From assembly GCA_963762145.1 (NCBI GenBank), contig CAVXJS010000007.1, positions 1 to 64,000 of the forward strand: 64,000 bases of DNA. The letters run 5' to 3'. Positions 62,209-64,000 of the stretch are shown piece by piece (position 1 is the first letter of the stretch; each line of letters begins with the position of its first letter). The stretch comes from an uncultured Candidatus Rokubacteria bacterium. GTDB lineage: Bacteria; Methylomirabilota; Methylomirabilia; Rokubacteriales; CSP1-6. Made by a program: the position numbers and the translations under genes. The notes under the pieces were generated by a model. The model was given only the letters and a program-made list of their open reading frames with translations. It was not told where the DNA came from and searched no databases.

Positions 62209-62746
62209 ATGCTCAGCGCAGTGGACTTCATTCGCGCCCAGCTCCGGCGGATTCACGCGGGCTTCGACAAGTCGCATGTCCGATCTCACGCCCGAGCAGC
62301 TCCACGCGGTGCCCGGCGGACACGCGAAGGCGAACACCATCGGGTGGGGCATCTGGCACTACGTGCGCACCGAGGACAACATCGTGCGCTGGGTCATCCA
62401 GAACCGGCGCCCGCCGATCTGGATGGAAGGCGGCTACGCGCGACAAGCTCGGCCTGCCCGCGACGGCGCAGGGCACCGGGCATGTCCACGGCGGAGGCGC
62501 AGGCGCTGCGCATCAGCGACGTCCCGCTCTTCCGCGAGTACACGGCCAAGGTGTGGGCGGGCACCGAGGAGCTGTTCGCGCGCGGCCACGCCCGAGCTGC
62601 TTCGACAAGACGGTGACGGTGAAGCCGCTCGGCGACATGTCGGTCGTCCAGTGCCTGGGGCAGGTCGGGCTCACCCACGGCATGACGCACCTGGGCGAGA
62701 TCGAGCTGGCGCGGACCCTGGTCGGCGCGAAGCCGTCGGCGGATAG
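62209..62746 (+). CDS. DinB family protein (frameshifts)
   Basis: RBS AAGGAG; DLTPEQLH..ANTIGWGIWHYVRTED and THGMTHLGEI. Confidence 0.8.
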
Positions 62747-62757
62747 CGGCGGCCGCC

Positions 62758-63833
62758 ATGCGCTTCGGCTGGCTGACCCTCGCGCATTCGCCGTCGGCGC
62801 GAGCCGACTACGCGGCCATCGACGATCTGCTCGTCCAGGCGTGCCTGGCCGAGGACGGTCGGCTTCGACGGCGTCTGGCTCACCGAGCACAACTTCACCG
62901 GCGAGGCGGTCTACTGCGATCCCATCCCGTTCGCGAGCGCGCTCGCCGCGCGCACCTCGCGCGTGCGGATCGGCTTCGCGGTGATCCAGCTCGCGCTCCG
63001 CCATCCGATCCGGCTCGCCGTGCAGCTCGCGCTGCTCGACAACCTGAGCCGCGGGCGCCTCGACGTGGGCGTCGGCCGCGGCTCGCTCTACAACGAGTAC
63101 GAGTTCGTCGGGCTACGGGCTCCGCAGCGACGACAGCCGCGAGCGCAGCGGCGGAGGCCCTCGAGATCCTGACCCGCGCGTGGACCGAGGAGCCCTTCGC
63201 GTACCACGGGAAGTACTACCAGATGAGCCTGCCCGCGCTGCGCCCGCGCGTGTACCAGCGGCCGCACCCGCCGATCTGGCGCAGCGTCGTCACGCCCGGC
63301 TCGTTCGCCGAGTGCGGGCGGCTGGGCGTGCCGATCATGACGTCGCGGCATGCCGCTCGGCGCGCTCCCGGCGCGCTTCAAGCTCTACGAAGACGGGCTG
63401 GTCGCGGGCGGGCACCGAGCCGGACCGCGAGCGGCTGCTCCGCGACGTCGCGGTGTGGCGCCACGTCTACGTCGCGGAGAGCCAGGCGCAGGCCGAGGAC
63501 GAGCTGGCCGACGCCGCTCGCGCACACCCGCCGGCACATGCTCCACGCGCGCGCGGCGCACAACCCCGAGGACTATCGCGTGGATCCCGCCGTGGTGAAC
63601 GCGTTCAACGACCCGCGCGTGTCGGAGGACGAGGCGATGCGCTTCGTCGATGGACACCGGCGCGCTCTGCGGCACCGCCCGACCGCGTCGCCGAGCAGAT
63701 GGCGGAGCTGCGCGACGCCGGCGTCCACCACGTGCTCTGCCAGATGAGCTTCGGCTACCTCGGGCACGAGCGGATCGTGGCGTCGATGCACCGCTTCGGC
63801 GCCCAGGTCATGCCCGCCTTCCGCGACTCCTAG
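62758..63833 (+). CDS. LLM-class flavin-dependent oxidoreductase (frameshifts)
   Basis: [47 protein letters not shown]. Confidence 0.88.
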
Positions 63834-63924
63834 GACTAGCCGCCGTTCGAGCGCCGGCTTGCCGGCGCAACCCCTTCTGGGGGGAGGTTCGGAGGGGGCC
63901 GTCGAGGCCCCCTCCGACGACTAG
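63834..63924. repeat. Double-hairpin element flanked by GACTAG direct repeats
   Basis: GACTAG at 63834-63839 and 63919-63924; hairpins GCGCCGGC-TT-GCCGGCGC and TCGGAGGGGGCC-GTCGA-GGCCCCCTCCGA. Confidence 0.6.
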
Positions 63925-64000
63925 AGGTATTTCGCGAACCAGTCCAGGATGATCCGGAAGCGCTCCAGGCGGTGGCGCGGCTTGCCCGGAGCGCGAGAGC
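63921..64000 (-). CDS. C-terminus of a probable S9 family peptidase (partial)
   Basis: Minus strand ends ..GKPRHRLERFRIILDWFAKYL*, typical of S9 peptidase C-termini. Confidence 0.65.
   Translation of the reverse strand, partial: SRAPGKPRHRLERFRIILDWFAKYL

Overview
GC-rich bacterial chromosomal window with about 60 genes. The gene content (ABC_sub_bind solute-binding protein, Uma2 nuclease, four LLM oxidoreductases, liv-type ABC operon) resembles Candidatus Rokubacteria/Methylomirabilota; this taxonomy is inference only. Most of the window is accessory metabolism and transport: sugar and branched-chain ABC systems, RND efflux, copper amine oxidase, a CoxMSL-like molybdoenzyme, pgm, ahcY with an SAH riboswitch, and an ECF42-type sigma factor with three DGPF/YciI proteins. 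Many genes carry 1-bp frameshifts in clusters, most likely long-read errors. The most notable region is the left edge (1-2172, minus strand): an orphan PAAR gene with a C-terminal tail, a DUF4123 adaptor, and an unlisted cargo ORF (CxxC, transthyretin/Cna-B-like domain, several TM helices) running off the window. This looks like a T6SS-type effector-loading cassette with an unrecognised membrane-active cargo. Other notable items: a Uma2 nuclease bracketed by REP-like palindromes, a cNMP-binding/AI-2E transporter ORF near a minimal stand-alone cyclase, an apparent CoxS-CoxL fusion, a GACTAG-flanked hairpin element, and a Trp-rich secreted peptide. No rRNA, tRNA, CRISPR array or transposase was recognised.
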